Source: Lama glama
Lineage: Eukaryota
Assembly (NCBI GenBank): GCA_028534125.1
Contig: CM052816.1
Location: 10,728,001-10,788,000, forward strand
Direction: 5' to 3'
Length of the DNA stretch: 60,000 nt
The stretch's first letter is position 1; each line of letters opens with the position of its first letter. The position numbers were made by a program, and so were the translations under genes. The notes beneath the pieces were generated by a model. That model was not told the origin of the DNA. It did not search any database and worked only from the letters and a program-made list of their open reading frames with translations. Positions 25,992-38,842 of the stretch are shown piece by piece.

Positions 25992-26126
25992 GAGGGGGAG
26001 GGTACAGCTCAAGTGGCAGAGTACATGCTTTACATGCATGAGGTCCTGTGTTCAACCCCCAGTACCTCCTCCAAAAATAAATAAAATAAACCTAATTACC
26101 TCCCCCCACGAAAAAAGAAAGAAAGA
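25992..26126 (+). mobile_element. tRNA-derived SINE (Vic-1-like)
   Basis: gggggagggtacagctcaagtggcagag...gttcaacccccagtacctcc...cctaattacctccccc; TSD AAATCTGAAT at 25982 and 26127. Confidence 0.88.
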
Positions 26127-27684
26127 AAATCTGAATAGGCATCTAAAGGTGTCTTTGGTAAAATAGATTGAGACTCCATTTGCTGCTGTTGAGCTACCAT
26201 GAATGTCTTATGTCCCATTTAGTGATGTAGTGGTTTGGTGATAATCCTTTTTGCTTGCATGGAAAGGTTTCTCAGCCTATTTTATATGAACATTCACTGA
26301 TCTAGGGATTTTCCAAGCTTACAGAGAAGTAAGGCCATTAGAAATGAATCCCTCTTAACCATCAAAACAACTGAGCACATAGTTCCATGGATGTCCTCGA
26401 TACAGCTGATAATTTTCCATTTTAGACAATCCCCCTTCCTCTTGCCTTTCAGATTAGTCTGTCAGTAAACCAACTTGGCTAACCAGCTTGATATTTTAGC
26501 AGCCAAATTTTAGGCAAGGAAGGAGTTACATAAAATAATAATCTCATCTTATACTTCTGATGGGGTTTTGTATTTCTGCAAAATATTTTCACAACTCTTA
26601 TCTACTATGTACAAAGAGTTTGGAGAACAAGTCTCATTTCCCCAATGAAAAAGCAAATCCTGTGAGGTTAATCAACTTGCCCATGAACACATAGCTGGTT
26701 TGTGGTGGAGACAAGACTGAGGTCCAGAGATTCTGATTCCTGAAACAGAGCTCTTTCCATGATATTAGAATGCTCAATAAAGTAACTTTCACTGAATTCT
26801 CAACTAGATGAAATCTTGCAGTTTGGCAGAAGAATGTTCATTTTTCTTCAGTACCTCTGCAAAATGTCAGCTACCTATATCCTTGGCACAAGGTTCTTTG
26901 GGTAGAGCAACTTGGCACGCCATAGCCCTTAGATTGATGGGCTTGGGTGTGTAATACATCTCATTCCTGAGGTCATTCATTGTTACTGTTGCCAAATGGG
27001 CTGATTTGGGGACCATACTCCTGACCAATAGTGCAGGCTTCAAAGAGGTAGAGTTTGGCGATTATAAAGATGTAGAGAAGCCAGTGGACTTAGTTGTTTC
27101 AAGACTGCATACTGTACCCAAATATCTAACTCACAAATATCTGCCTTTGGAACAAGTAAGAAGCTGTGATCATACAGTGGTTAGTATGCTGTGTTATGGA
27201 ACAAGTAGGAAAATAGGTAAGAAAGACAATGGATGGATCATCCATTCTTATGGATGATCAACATGGTTCTTATCCCTGGAAACATAATATAAGGGCAGAG
27301 AAGTTACATTTACTGAGTGGTTTTTACATTCTCTGTACATTTTTTGCTTCATTTATACTTAACTATATGAGCAGCATTTTTTATTAAAAAGATGGGCTTA
27401 TTACTTAAATCATCTAATGATAATTACCCACATATAAAACCAGGGCAATAACAGTAACTACCTTCTATGGTTGTTGTAAGGATTAAGTGAGAAAGTAGTT
27501 GTACAGTGGTTAGTTCGGTACCTGCATAGATTGACCATTAATTGAATGGTTGTTTGATTGTCTTTAGTATTGCTAGAAGCCTTAAATGATCATAAGTGTT
27601 ATTTACACAGGTACACCAGTCCTTTCTGCCCTCCAATCCCAACTCCAGATAGTTTAGGGTTACATTAAAAAAAATACTCATGTG

Positions 27685-27925
27685 ATTAAGAACCCTGACT
27701 CGAAACCACAGGGTTTGTGTCCTGCCTTTACCAATTGCTAGTTCCTTGACCTTGGGTAAGTTATTGAATCTCTCTGAGCCCAGGTGCCTCCTCTACAGAA
27801 TGAGAATAACAATGCTTAACTACCTAAGGTTTTTGTGAGTGTTAAATACTACACTGTATCTGATGTGCTCAGGACAGTGCCAGGTACATAGTTGGTAATA
27901 AAAGCTAAATAATGTTAGGCTGTAT
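27685..27925 (+). mobile_element. MIR SINE, near full length
   Basis: gattaagaaccctgactc...tgaccttgggtaagttattgaatctctctgagcc...acagtgccaggtacatag. Confidence 0.8.
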
Positions 27926-28665
27926 TTTCATTAATGTTAGTTCTGTTATCTAAATGTCCTATAGCAAAATCATTACTGATAGAAGATGGTTGTTTGGATT
28001 ACAGAACAAAGGAGACATAAGTTAACACCCAACCTTAATCTTTGATCTGGTATCAGTTCTTGCTGGTGGTGATTGATCCCTTTTAAATAATAAATGTCAT
28101 CTCGTATAATAATAAATGGAATCTTGTGAGAGTCTAAGCAACTGCTGGCCTTTTCTGAATATTAGATAAAGCATCAGGAAACAAAACCCCATTATCTACT
28201 CTATGCACCATCAGTAGGATAGTTTTTAAAGGTAATAGCTTTGAGATATTAAAAAATTAATGATAATTGGTTAATTATAGACCTCTCTGTATTAGTGGTA
28301 TGTTGAATCTTCCTATTAAGGTTTAATTTAGTTGTTTTTTTTAAAACCTTGCTTTATTTTTAGTAGTTCTTATATTACCTTATTCATGGATTCTGCTGGA
28401 GTATAATCTCATCCCTCTGAACACTTTGAGAGAAAGGGAGCCTCTTGTAATCAGTCAAATGACTTGCTCCTGTTTCTGAATAGTTCCAATTGCTTAAAAG
28501 TTGTTCTGTGTATCAGAGCAGTCTCTTTTTTTTTTTTTTTTGCCCATTTCTCCTAGCCTTCCACTATGAAGCCTTCCCTCAAAAGCTTTGTTCTAGGTAT
28601 ATGACCATCTTTAACTGTATGAAGATAGCTCTCTTCACCAAAAGCTTCCTCAAAACTCCCTAGAT

Positions 28666-28812
28666 GGGGGGAGGGTGTAGCTCAGTGGTAGAGCACATGC
28701 TTGGTGTGCACAAGGTCCTGGGTTCAATCCCCAGCACCTCTGTCAAAAAATAAATACATAAATAAGTAAAAGCTTAATTACCTCCCCTTCAAAACCCTCC
28801 CCCAAAACAAAC
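28666..28812 (+). mobile_element. tRNA-derived SINE (Vic-1-like)
   Basis: ggggggagggtgtagctcagtggtagagcacatgc...ctgggttcaatccccagcacctc; imperfect TSD aaaactccctagatg/aaaatccccagatg. Confidence 0.88.
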
Positions 28813-28835
28813 AAAAATCCCCAGATGCCCTATGT

Positions 28836-29016
28836 CAGTTGTTTTCAACTCTAATGTTATTCGAATCACCTGGAGTGTTTGTTAACTACCAATTGCTGGG
28901 CTCCCCCCAGAGTTTCTAATTTAATAGACCTGGGATGGGGCCTGAAAGTTTGCTTTCTAATGGTTTCCCAGGTGATGCTGCTGCCACCGGCCCAGAGCAA
29001 GCCTTTGAAAACCACT
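28836..29016. mobile_element. MER5A hAT-Charlie element
   Basis: cagttgttttcaac...gaatcacctggag...cccagagtttcta...gggatggggcctga...tcccaggtgatgctg...tttgaaaaccact. Confidence 0.8.
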
Positions 29017-29250
29017 CCTCTCCAAAACCGGAAGGCAGCCCACTTCCTGTTGCAGAGGCTGAAGCACGGAGAGGTCGTGTAGTGTTGGTGGCGTCACCTC
29101 ACTAGCCTGGACTTTGACAGGCCAGGAGCCACCTCACACACAGGTTCTAGAGGGGGACGTGGGGAGTGTGTAATGCACCCGTGTGTGGTAACAAAAGTTG
29201 AAGCATCACTGCCTCCTGGAGTCTGGATCTGAACCCCGTGTTTGTCACAG

Positions 29251-29335
29251 GACCCAAGGGAGAACCCAAGACAGAGAATAGTGGCACAATAATGAAGCAT
29301 GAATTATCCAGATGAAAGCACCTATGGAAACAAAG
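29251..29335 (+). other. PPP2R2B: 85-nt alternative exon of PPP2R2B
   Basis: Acceptor tttgtcacag|G at 29250/29251 and donor AAG|GTATTA at 29335/29336. The acceptor is inferred from sequence only. Confidence 0.65.
29299..29335 (+). CDS. PPP2R2B: Alternative N-terminus MNYPDESTYGNK (12 codons + 1 nt, phase 1) of a short B55-beta isoform
   Basis: Same phase-1 exit (G|GT) as the Bbeta1 exon. The peptide closely matches a recalled human isoform start (MNYPDENTYGNK). Confidence 0.75.
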
Positions 29336-32300
29336 GTATTAGTATAATTATTTATACCTACTATTCTTCATAAAATAGCAAGATGGAAGTGTTGAATAGT
29401 TCCTGTTGCTTAAAAGTTGTTCTGTGAGACCCAAATTCACTCATTCACATTTGGAGAAAAAAAAAATATTGTAGATAAGAAGCATTGTTGGACTTACTGT
29501 TTTAAGAACTAAGAGAACTCAGAACGTGTTTTGAGGAAATGTATCGGTACACAGCCAAGACAAGTAATAATTAGCCAAAAATTACCAGGAGAGAGGGATT
29601 AGGGCAGATGAGAATAGACCCTGCTTTATAGATGCCAGAAAAGTATGTAGAACAAGCTGGTGAACCAGACAGAGGTACTGACTGCTCTAACAAAGAAAAG
29701 AGTTGGGATCAGCAGGCGAAGAAAGACAATATGAACTTCTTTCTTTGTGTTTCATGAAGAATGAAAGGTCTTACTACAAGGGTAATTTTGAATTAGGAAG
29801 CAGATCTAGAAATCCCTGTGTAGGAAAAACAGTAACTTCTAACCTGTGTTAAATATTTGGAATCCCTCTCAGTATAACCTCTAAATGGTCCCACCTGGAT
29901 GGGACGAGGGAGTGTGAAGACTTCTGCTAGCTTGTTTTTACTGATTGCTTGAAACTGTGCAGGGAGGCTCTTCAGCTTTTCAGCCTCCACATTTGGCTGT
30001 GTTTTGGGGCCCTGGAGAATAACATTTAGTACAAGAGAACTATATATCTTTATTTAAGGAAAAGAATCAGCTGAGATTCTCCCTTGAGGTGGAGTTTGTA
30101 ACAGAGATAGGGAAGAATTCGGAGACAGAGTAAAGAATAAGACATTCAGAAGAGGAGAGCTCCTTGTAAGAAAAGGAATGGGGAAAGAAGAGTTTCCAAA
30201 TAAATACTTATCGTAAGGAAATGAAATGAAAGAGATGGACAAAAACTTAAAGGGGGAAGAACACAAAGCAGATGTGTATACTTACATGATGTGTACATGT
30301 TTATGCATGGTCTCCATCAGCCAGTGGACAAGGGTGTAGCAGGCGTGGTGTCCCAAGGGGATTATGCAACCTTAGCTTTACATGTTTATAAAGGTTGTAT
30401 TTCTTAATGTGCTGTTTTATAATAAGACCTTAAGAGACAGGATTTGTGTTTAAATAATACCTTGGGGTGTTTGTGGTGTGAGGTGGAGTTGAGCTCTTTC
30501 CTTGCTATAGAAGAATTTACATTTTTTTCTGTCTGACCTATTTGGATAAAGAGCTTACTTACGCCTGTTGTAATTTCAATGTACCCTTCTTTCATTCCTA
30601 CCAACCAAGTCACATTTTCAACGCATTCTAATATGGTATTGATTGGAGGGCTGAGTTATATTTGGTTTGTCCTCAGCGATGGTACTTCAATGAGGTAAGA
30701 CTAGATGGATTTTGAATGGATTTCCCTGGAGCTTCCAACTTTTATGTCCTCTGTCCCTCCTCCGAGAGGGAGGGAGAGGGAAGGATTAAATTATTCGGTT
30801 ATTTGATCATGTTTTTCGAGCCTGCATCACATCAGACTCAAAATTTCCATATTCACTAAAGTTAAAAGTGGGAAAGAGTTCAGAGTGAGAATTTTAAGAG
30901 CTGATTTTGAGGAAGAATAGCAAGGATGAATACTGGCTTTTTGCATGTCTCATCAGGTCCAAATGTTTCTGCAAAACATTTTGAAAGTAAAGAGACGGTG
31001 CCCTTTTCAAAGTGCTAAGGGGTTGGTGACTATAACCTGTAAGCTTGGTGTGTAGCTTTGTGAATAAGCGTGAGGTATGACATGAATGAGTGTGTGTATT
31101 AACCAAATGAAAGTGCCATTCAAGGCATTATTTTCACAAGTAAAGCTGCTTCCTTCAGAAATGGGGTCCATTAGATTTGGTTAAGATTGCACTGAGTTCT
31201 TAATGTGAGGCTAAGATTGTGTAATAGCAGTATGTGACATGAAATTATGGATGATGAGCTCTGATTGCCCAAATTGTGCTCCCAGGAGAAATAATACTTG
31301 GGTATGTGGCAGGAGGTTGGTATGAAAGGAGTCTGCCATCAATCCCTCTGTTTATTAAGTATTTACTGAGCACTTACTGTGTGCCTGGTGCCATGCTTTG
31401 TACGAGAGATGTAAAAATATGGTACACAAACCTGGACTCTTCTGTTAAGGAACTCATGGCCCAGTGGGGGACACAAGACAAGATCATGGGCGGTTATCCT
31501 GTAGTATGAGAGCAAAAAGAGAAAAACTAGTGTGAAGCAGCTTGCTTAGCCAGAGGGAAAGCCACAGAGAAAGGATGCCAGAACAGTATCCTCTTCATCC
31601 CCTTTTGATGAAGACAGGAGACTTAAGAGGGGTTGGTCAGGAAGCTGGGAGAATCTTAGGAACAGACAGTGGCAGCCCCGGGGTCCCACAGCTCAAGACT
31701 AACGTTACTCCAGCCCAGCGTCTCCCATGGAGAAGAACAATCAGCATATTGATAAATTTTTCTGCTTACACTCCTGAACAAATAAACTAATTGTATCTTT
31801 GTTTTTAACCTAACAAATCATAGCTTGATTACAGGTCATTAGTGACCATTAATACATGGAACTGTTTGCATTTCACGAGTATATCTGAATTACACAGTCT
31901 TGCCTTTCACATTAGCTCCATCAAGCTTCCAAAGGGAAGCTCCCCCCTTATCGGGGCCTCAGGCGGGACTTAAACAAACTAACAATTAGCCTCTGGAATT
32001 GGACTGCGATGCAGAAGAATTCATTATTTTAGTTCATTGTCGATCTCCCTATTGTGGGGCCAGCCATCCCCTTTGTAGTGGAGACATGCTCTTTGTGCCC
32101 AAAGAGTTTGCAACTGCCTCTCTCCGAACGTTCTCAATTATTCCTAATGACAGCTAATGCGTTGGCCAGCAACCGAACCTGCTTGTTTGGGTGATACGAG
32201 TGCAGACAGTCCTAAGTTCACAACGTGATGGCTGATTAGAGTGAAGAGAAATCCAAGGAGCGTATTGGGGACTGTCAAACATCACGGTGACAGGATCACA

Positions 32301-34134
32301 GTCTACTTGGCAAAAAAGTGATGGCAGGAAAGATAATATATATACACACATACACACACATACATTCACAGGTCAACTGAGTAGTCCAGAATTTTTTGGA
32401 GTCCATTTGGGGCTTTGGATTATCTATATTGGAAGCCAAGACCTTGAAAAGAATTGGATAATTGGCAAACTTTCATTTCATTTTTTGCTGACCAGTCATA
32501 GAGGGGTGTGGCATGATTAACAGAGATGAACAATCTCAGAAACATTTAAAGACTTTCTAACACAATGAGTGTCATTTGGGAGAAAATCTATCGTCCATCT
32601 CATCTCATGTTCTGTTGCTTCAAAAAATGTCCCCCAGGGAATGCCAGTTTGGACTTCCAACATGCTGCGGCCATGGCATTAGAGAGGTTGCTAACAAGGC
32701 AATAAAGGCAGCCCGTATATCGCTGAAACCACTTTTCCCCTTTATTCTAGGCTAGCTACCCAGCACGGTACTCTTGCCTCAGCTCGACAGGTACAATGAC
32801 AGCATGGAGTTCCATGCAGTTTAAAAATCTCTCTCAGATGAATTATCCTGCTCATCTCTCTATCAACCCTATGAAAAAAGTTAGATTATGAACAGCATAG
32901 TTATGACGGAAAATGTGAGGTCTAGAGTTAACTTCTGTTTCCAATTTCTGGTCCCATGCTTCCACTAGCTGATTTCCTCCAAGTATTTCCATTCCATGCA
33001 GCAAACATTTAACACATAATTACTGAGGGCCAGTTATGTGCCAAGCACTAGCCCAGGCCTTAAAGTTTGTAATGGTTTTCAAGAGAGTCTTGACTTAATC
33101 TGCAAAATTTACAATCTCTCCATAGGTGTCTTTCAGATTCTCTGTGATGTTAATTGCCCTTTGCAGTGCTTATCACTAAAACCCAGGGAAGACTCTCTTG
33201 GCATGAAACAGATGAGCTGTTGAGATATGCATCTTTGAGAACAAGGCACTTTGATCCTTCGGGGTACATCAAAACCGGCACTGGAGATTTGGAAGGATTA
33301 TAATGACTCTTTAGAAAAGATACACCTTGTGTCTTGCCTAGTTTTCTATTTAACCCGAGGAAGTAAATACATATAAATCCTTATGGGAGACCATGACCTT
33401 TAAACACGGAATCCTTTAATCCTTCATCAAGTGCAAACACTGTGGTCTACATGATGCCACAGAGTAGTAAATGGTGCCGGTTGTCCCGGTGAGGCTTTTG
33501 GATCACTTGGGATAATGTTGAGACAGTAGGAATGATCTCACTCATGTAAAATGTGACATCTTTCTTCATCAGCACTAATCACACACATATCTGAAATTCA
33601 CTAATCTGAGAGGACTATCAATCTGTGTTGTCTGTCCTGCCCTTGAAGTTAACAACCTTGTGTCTCTTGCTAGGCATTTATCTCAGGGTCTAACACAGTG
33701 CCTGATATGTAATAGATGTGCTTAGGAAATATTTGTTGCATGAAATCCAGGCACAGTGATGAGAGCTTGAATGGTATCATTTGGGATTTTGTGAAACAAA
33801 GCACAATTACTTGATAACGTGACCTTATGAATTAGGACTAGTAGATGATCAGCACCATGGCTGACCTTTTCTGGAGAGGATTGTTTTTCCACATCCCCTT
33901 ATGTCCACTTCCACATAATGTCCATTTCAATGCATTCATAACCCATATGATAAAAGGGATCTCCTATTTCTTTAGAAACTGCTAGAGCCTACCAGTGACA
34001 TTTCTTATACTTATCACAAGGGTGACCCATCAAATTCCTAGTGTGAATTGTCATATTCTTTAGAATCCAAAGAAGAGCTTTCATGTTCAGGAAATCCTTG
34101 GCAATAGTGTAGGTGGATCGTATGATCATTTCTC

Positions 34135-34720
34135 TTTCATTTATTCAACAGATATTTATGGAGCACTTCCTGTGTGCCAAGCATAGGATTAGGTGCCAGG
34201 GATATGGAGTAACAGGGCCCTCTGGGGAAGGACATTAATGAAAGATAATGTACAGTTGTAAATGGGACACATGCTGCAAAGAAAGAGTTTGTGGTGCTAT
34301 GAGAGTGACTCTGACAGGAGAGCATCCCTGGTGAAGAGGTGATTGGGCTAAATCTGGAAGCCATAGTAGGAGTTAGCTGTGTTGAAGAGGGGATGCCAAG
34401 ATGACCCAGGCAGGGGGAACTGCAGGTACGAGGGCCCTCGTAGGGTCAGTATAGAGTAGAGAGCATGTGTTCAGAGGGGTGAAAGATGACTCGTGCAGCT
34501 CGAGTTCCCACAAGGTGGGCATTAGACAGAAGCCAGACCTGGCACAGCCTTGAGGGTACAGGAGCACTTTACTGCTTTTTATCCTTGGAGTCAAGGGAAA
34601 TGTTAAAATGTTTAAATGTAGGGAAGATGGGGAGCAACAACCAAGTTTGTTTTTTCGAAAAGATCATTCTGGCTGCCATGTAAAGGACAGAATGGAAACG
34701 ATCCAGAATAGATTTACAGA
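34135..34720 (-). mobile_element. L2 LINE 3' fragment
   Basis: ttcatttattcaacagatatttatggagcacttcctgtgtgccaagca...aaagatcattctggctgc. Confidence 0.8.
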
Positions 34721-35629
34721 AACAAGTGATTTGGTTATATGAAACTGACATAGAATCTACATAATATATGTCCATGTGAGGCAGTCCCCATGTAAAGCAC
34801 ATACTCTTCTGAGAGATTCAAGATGAGCCCCTCCATGGTATAATATAGACCTCTTCAAATCTCCTCTGTGTCATGCACACACACTCACCCAGACATAAAT
34901 TAGCATCGTTAATGCAGAGTGTCACATTATCGCCCAGTCCCCTTCCAGCTGATGTATCACTTTAGCATCTTTCCCTTTGTACTTTACCCTTCGCCTTCAA
35001 AGGCTGTTCACAGGTCTTATTTTCCTTCCCAGAATTGTGAGATTGGTTTTTCTGCTGTGCTATTAGAGTGATCCGCCACTTAGAGTCTAATCCTCCATGG
35101 CTCTGTGCCTATTTGTCAGGAACTTTGAGAATATATTAAGACATTATACAGGGTGTAAGCTGTATTTTGACAATGATTATGCCTATTATCTATTTTAATA
35201 AATGTAAATTGCTGTGGAGAAACAAACCATTTTATGCCACTTGAATCCTTTTCAGGGAAGCCTGAATCCTTTTTTCATAGCTTAGATGTATTACTGTCAT
35301 TTTCCCTTCACAGAGTTGAATAAACACACTTAAATCAGACCTCTGTTGGTGCACCCTCTTGTACTGTTGCCCTAATAGATTGTTGTGATTTTAGTCTTTG
35401 CAGTCCACATTTAGTAACATTTGCAAAATCATCTGTGGTCCTTTCCAGAATTGAAACTATTGGGTAAACTCAGCAGTAAGTCAACATGTGGATTATACAT
35501 GCCACGCACTATACTTTATACTTGAGGTACAGCCGTGAATAAGGACTAGTGATGCCTTTAAGAAGCTTAGAATCATTGCCCACTGTTGGAGTGGGAATTT
35601 ACAGATAAACAAGGGCAGGTCAGAGTGGT

Positions 35630-36855
35630 CCATCTGGTAATGAGTTCGAGTTGGAGACATCAGAAAGAACTCTCGTTTAACTATATAGACATGCATGATT
35701 ACACAGAAGTATTGATAATTGTGTGTTTATATGTATGTGTGTGCGCGTTTGTATACTTACATGTATTTCTTTCTGTGTCAGCTGAGAGAACCTGAAAGAA
35801 ACGACACCCCAGTAGCAACAGGCACACCTAGCACCCAGATCTTGATTTCTAAAACCATTCTCCAATAAAAGGGATCAGAAATCCTTGGAGAAATATCTGA
35901 TTTGGGGACTGTGGAAGGCAGTATATGTTATGAGGTCAGAGGCTCTTACAGTGCCAAAACAAGGAAGTGCTCAAAAAAGAGAAAGAAAAAAAAAGACCTA
36001 CATTGATGGGAGTATGTCATAGGGACACAGGAGCCAACTGAAAGAGTTCTCAGTGGCTCAAGTGGAATAATTTGAGCAAAAAAATAAAGTGGTATTGGAT
36101 TATATCTCAAGGCATTAAATAAATACCCATGAATCCATACTGATATAAATAAATGACACAACAAATTAGTATATGGGAGGGAAGAGAAGACTCTCCCACA
36201 TAGAATGCCAGATAAATGATGAAGATGACCTAGCCTCAAGGGGCATAGCAAATGAGCATAGTTTCCCACTCCTTCAGTGTGAGCTGCTCATAAAGGCTTC
36301 TTCCTAAAGAGTAAAGATGAGGGAAAAGGGCAGGGGAGGGGCAGGAAGAGTAACTTTGCAGGGGAGAAACCTGACAAACATTACCTCAGCTAGTGATCAA
36401 GGTCCCTGTGAACAGTCTAAGTCATGCTGATAGTGGGCACCCTTGAGAGGATGTGATGGAAATGGCACTCCACCTCTGTGGTCTTCGATCAGGAGAAAAA
36501 CATCAGACAAGTTCAAATAGAGGAGTGTCCTACAGTCTACCTGATCGCAGTCCTCAAAACTGTGAAAAACTGCCCCAATGAAAGGAGCCTAAGGAAATGG
36601 GACAATTAAGTGTGACATAGTATCCCACAGGGGTCCTCAAGCAGAAAAAGGACATTAGGTAAAAACTGAGGAAATACGAATTAAAGTATAGACTTTTGGT
36701 AATAATAATTTATCAGTATTGGCTCATTAATGATAACAAATGTACTACAGTAATATAAGCTTTTTATAGTAGGGAAAACTCTGCAAGATGTATTTGGGAG
36801 TTCACTGTGCTATTTAATTTTTCTGTAAATCTAAAGCTGTTTATAAAAATTAAAG
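35630..36855 (+). mobile_element. L1MC-like 3' region
   Basis: cacctagcacccagatcttgatttctaaaaccattctccaataaaagg; ggagaaacctgacaaacattacctcagc; gaaaaggacattaggtaaaaactgaggaaat; ttttctgtaaatctaaa. Confidence 0.8.
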
Positions 36856-37365
36856 AATCAGAAGCTTGTAGTGTAATAAGGGAAGCCAGTAAGCTAGTAG
36901 GCAATTGTAATACAAGTATAATGAAGGAGGGTGTATAGATTGAGAGAAGTAACGGGACATCTGACGGGTCCTTGGGATCCTGATTTGACCACTTTGGGCA
37001 GTTTACTTGACCCTTCTCATATGTTTCCTCATCTCTAAAATGGTGATGAAACCTGGCCTGAGTCAACAGAGACTATGAAGTCAAACTACAGGAGCGCAAA
37101 TCCCCAGCAACAGAGCCGGGTGATACAGAAAACCTAGCTGGGCTTTATTTGCTCATCAGTAAATAGAATAATAATAGTACCTATCTCAGAGAGTTGTCCT
37201 CAGTCTGGGGTAATACTGTGAAGTGCTTAGAACAAGTGCTGGCAGGCTGCGCTAGATATATGTCAGCTTCTACTGCTGCTATAGTTCACAGGTCTATGGT
37301 GAAGATGCAGTGGGGTAATCATGAGAGTGCCTGCATGCGCCTACCATGTCAAACCCTCCATCACT

Positions 37366-37410
37366 GGTGGTGGTGGTGGTGGTGGTGGTGGTGGCGGTAG
37401 CGGCGGCGGC
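37366..37410 (+). repeat. (GGT)9-GGC-GGT-AGC-(GGC)3 trinucleotide microsatellite
   Basis: Read directly. Confidence 0.95.
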
Positions 37411-38159
37411 AAGAAAAAGTTCCTGGAGGCCAGGAGATGCCCTTGCCTTGAATCTTACACACCAGACACAGAGGTCTTCTCTAACTCTAAACTGAGCACA
37501 GGATTGGAGTTGACGAGATAAAAGGTTGATGGGTGTTGGCTCTAGCAGAAGGAGCAAAGATCCAAAAGTTGAAGGAAGCATGGCACCTTTACAGAACTTT
37601 ATAGTGTTGGGAAGGGCTAGAGGGTGGAGTCAAGGAGGGAGGAAGAGGAGAGGTAAATAGGAGGGAGGAAGAGGAGAGGGAGGAAGAGGAAAGGTAAATA
37701 TTTCCCAGCATTATGTCAGGAATTGAAGACTGGATTAAGGATTTGGACTTTATCCTGAGGTCAATATAAAATTTGTACTCTTATGATCACGGTTATGTGA
37801 AAAAAAAATCAGTCAGAAAACCAGTTAGGAAGCTATTTCAGTTGTACAGGTGAGAGATCATGGTAGTGACTATCAAAGGAGAGTGAAAGAGTTGGAAGGC
37901 CAACAACAGGGCAAGAACTATTTGAACAATTCAGTGAAAATTTTTCTGCCTTTGAGTCAGATGTATTACAGAGTATGATGCCTGGAAAATTTCCTAATGC
38001 CTACATACGATTTTTTTTAAAAAGTAGGATAACATTAAGAATTTTAGGCGTGACTTTGAAACATCTACATATTTTTCACCCCTAATACATACCATGGTAG
38101 ATAATTTTTTAAAAAGTCACAAGCATAGCCAATCAGATTAACTCTGAAGTGCCCTAGAC

Positions 38160-38481
38160 TAGCATCATCCAATAGAAATATAATACAAACCACATATGTA
38201 ATTTTCATTTTCTAATAGCCACATTTAAAAAATAAAGAAAACAGGTGAAATTAATTTTAATAACCTATTTTATTTACCAGTGTTACCAATGTTTTATTTG
38301 CCAACTGAAAAATTGTCATTGCCACATGATACGATCAAGATAAAAATTATGAATTAGATGTTTTATGTTCTTTTTCTTATCTTGTCTTCAAAGCATGTTT
38401 GGCATGCACAGTTCAGACTGGCCTCATTTTAAGTGTGCAGTAGTCACATGTGGCTAGTGGCTAACCATATTGGATAGCTCA
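38160..38481 (-). mobile_element. MER33/MER3-like hAT-Charlie element
   Basis: tccaatagaaatataat...cacatgtggctagtggctaaccatattggatag, flanked by ccctagac/atctagaa target-like sites. Confidence 0.75.
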
Positions 38482-38842
38482 GATCTAGAACTTGCAACTC
38501 CTAATCAGAAAATCTTTTTACCTTTATGCTTACTGGCAAAATTTCTGCAGACAAGTTAATATTTCTGCCTTAATATGTGCACATGGGGTACAGACTTGAC
38601 CACATGTATTCAAATTGCCTCTTTCTTTCACTCAGTAAGTAGTTACCTAATGCCCACTGTATGGTATTGCAGCATCTCCTCTCTGAGTGCTGGTTTACAC
38701 ACTGCAGTTCTCGTTTTGAGCTGACCCCACCTGGTTCCTATCCATCATGAAGTTTACCATGTTGTCGGGGAGAAAGGCAAAAACAAAACAAAATCCAGTA
38801 AGTGAGGTAATCATAAATTATGCTGTGATGAAAACAAATGAC

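Noticed and set aside
24314..28745. Three tRNA-like sequences
   Set aside because: They have degenerate stems, A-rich tails and TSDs, so they are SINEs rather than tRNA genes.
37194..37581. Poly-Trp, poly-Gly and poly-Thr ORFs
   Set aside because: Translations of the (GGT)n microsatellite with no exon context.
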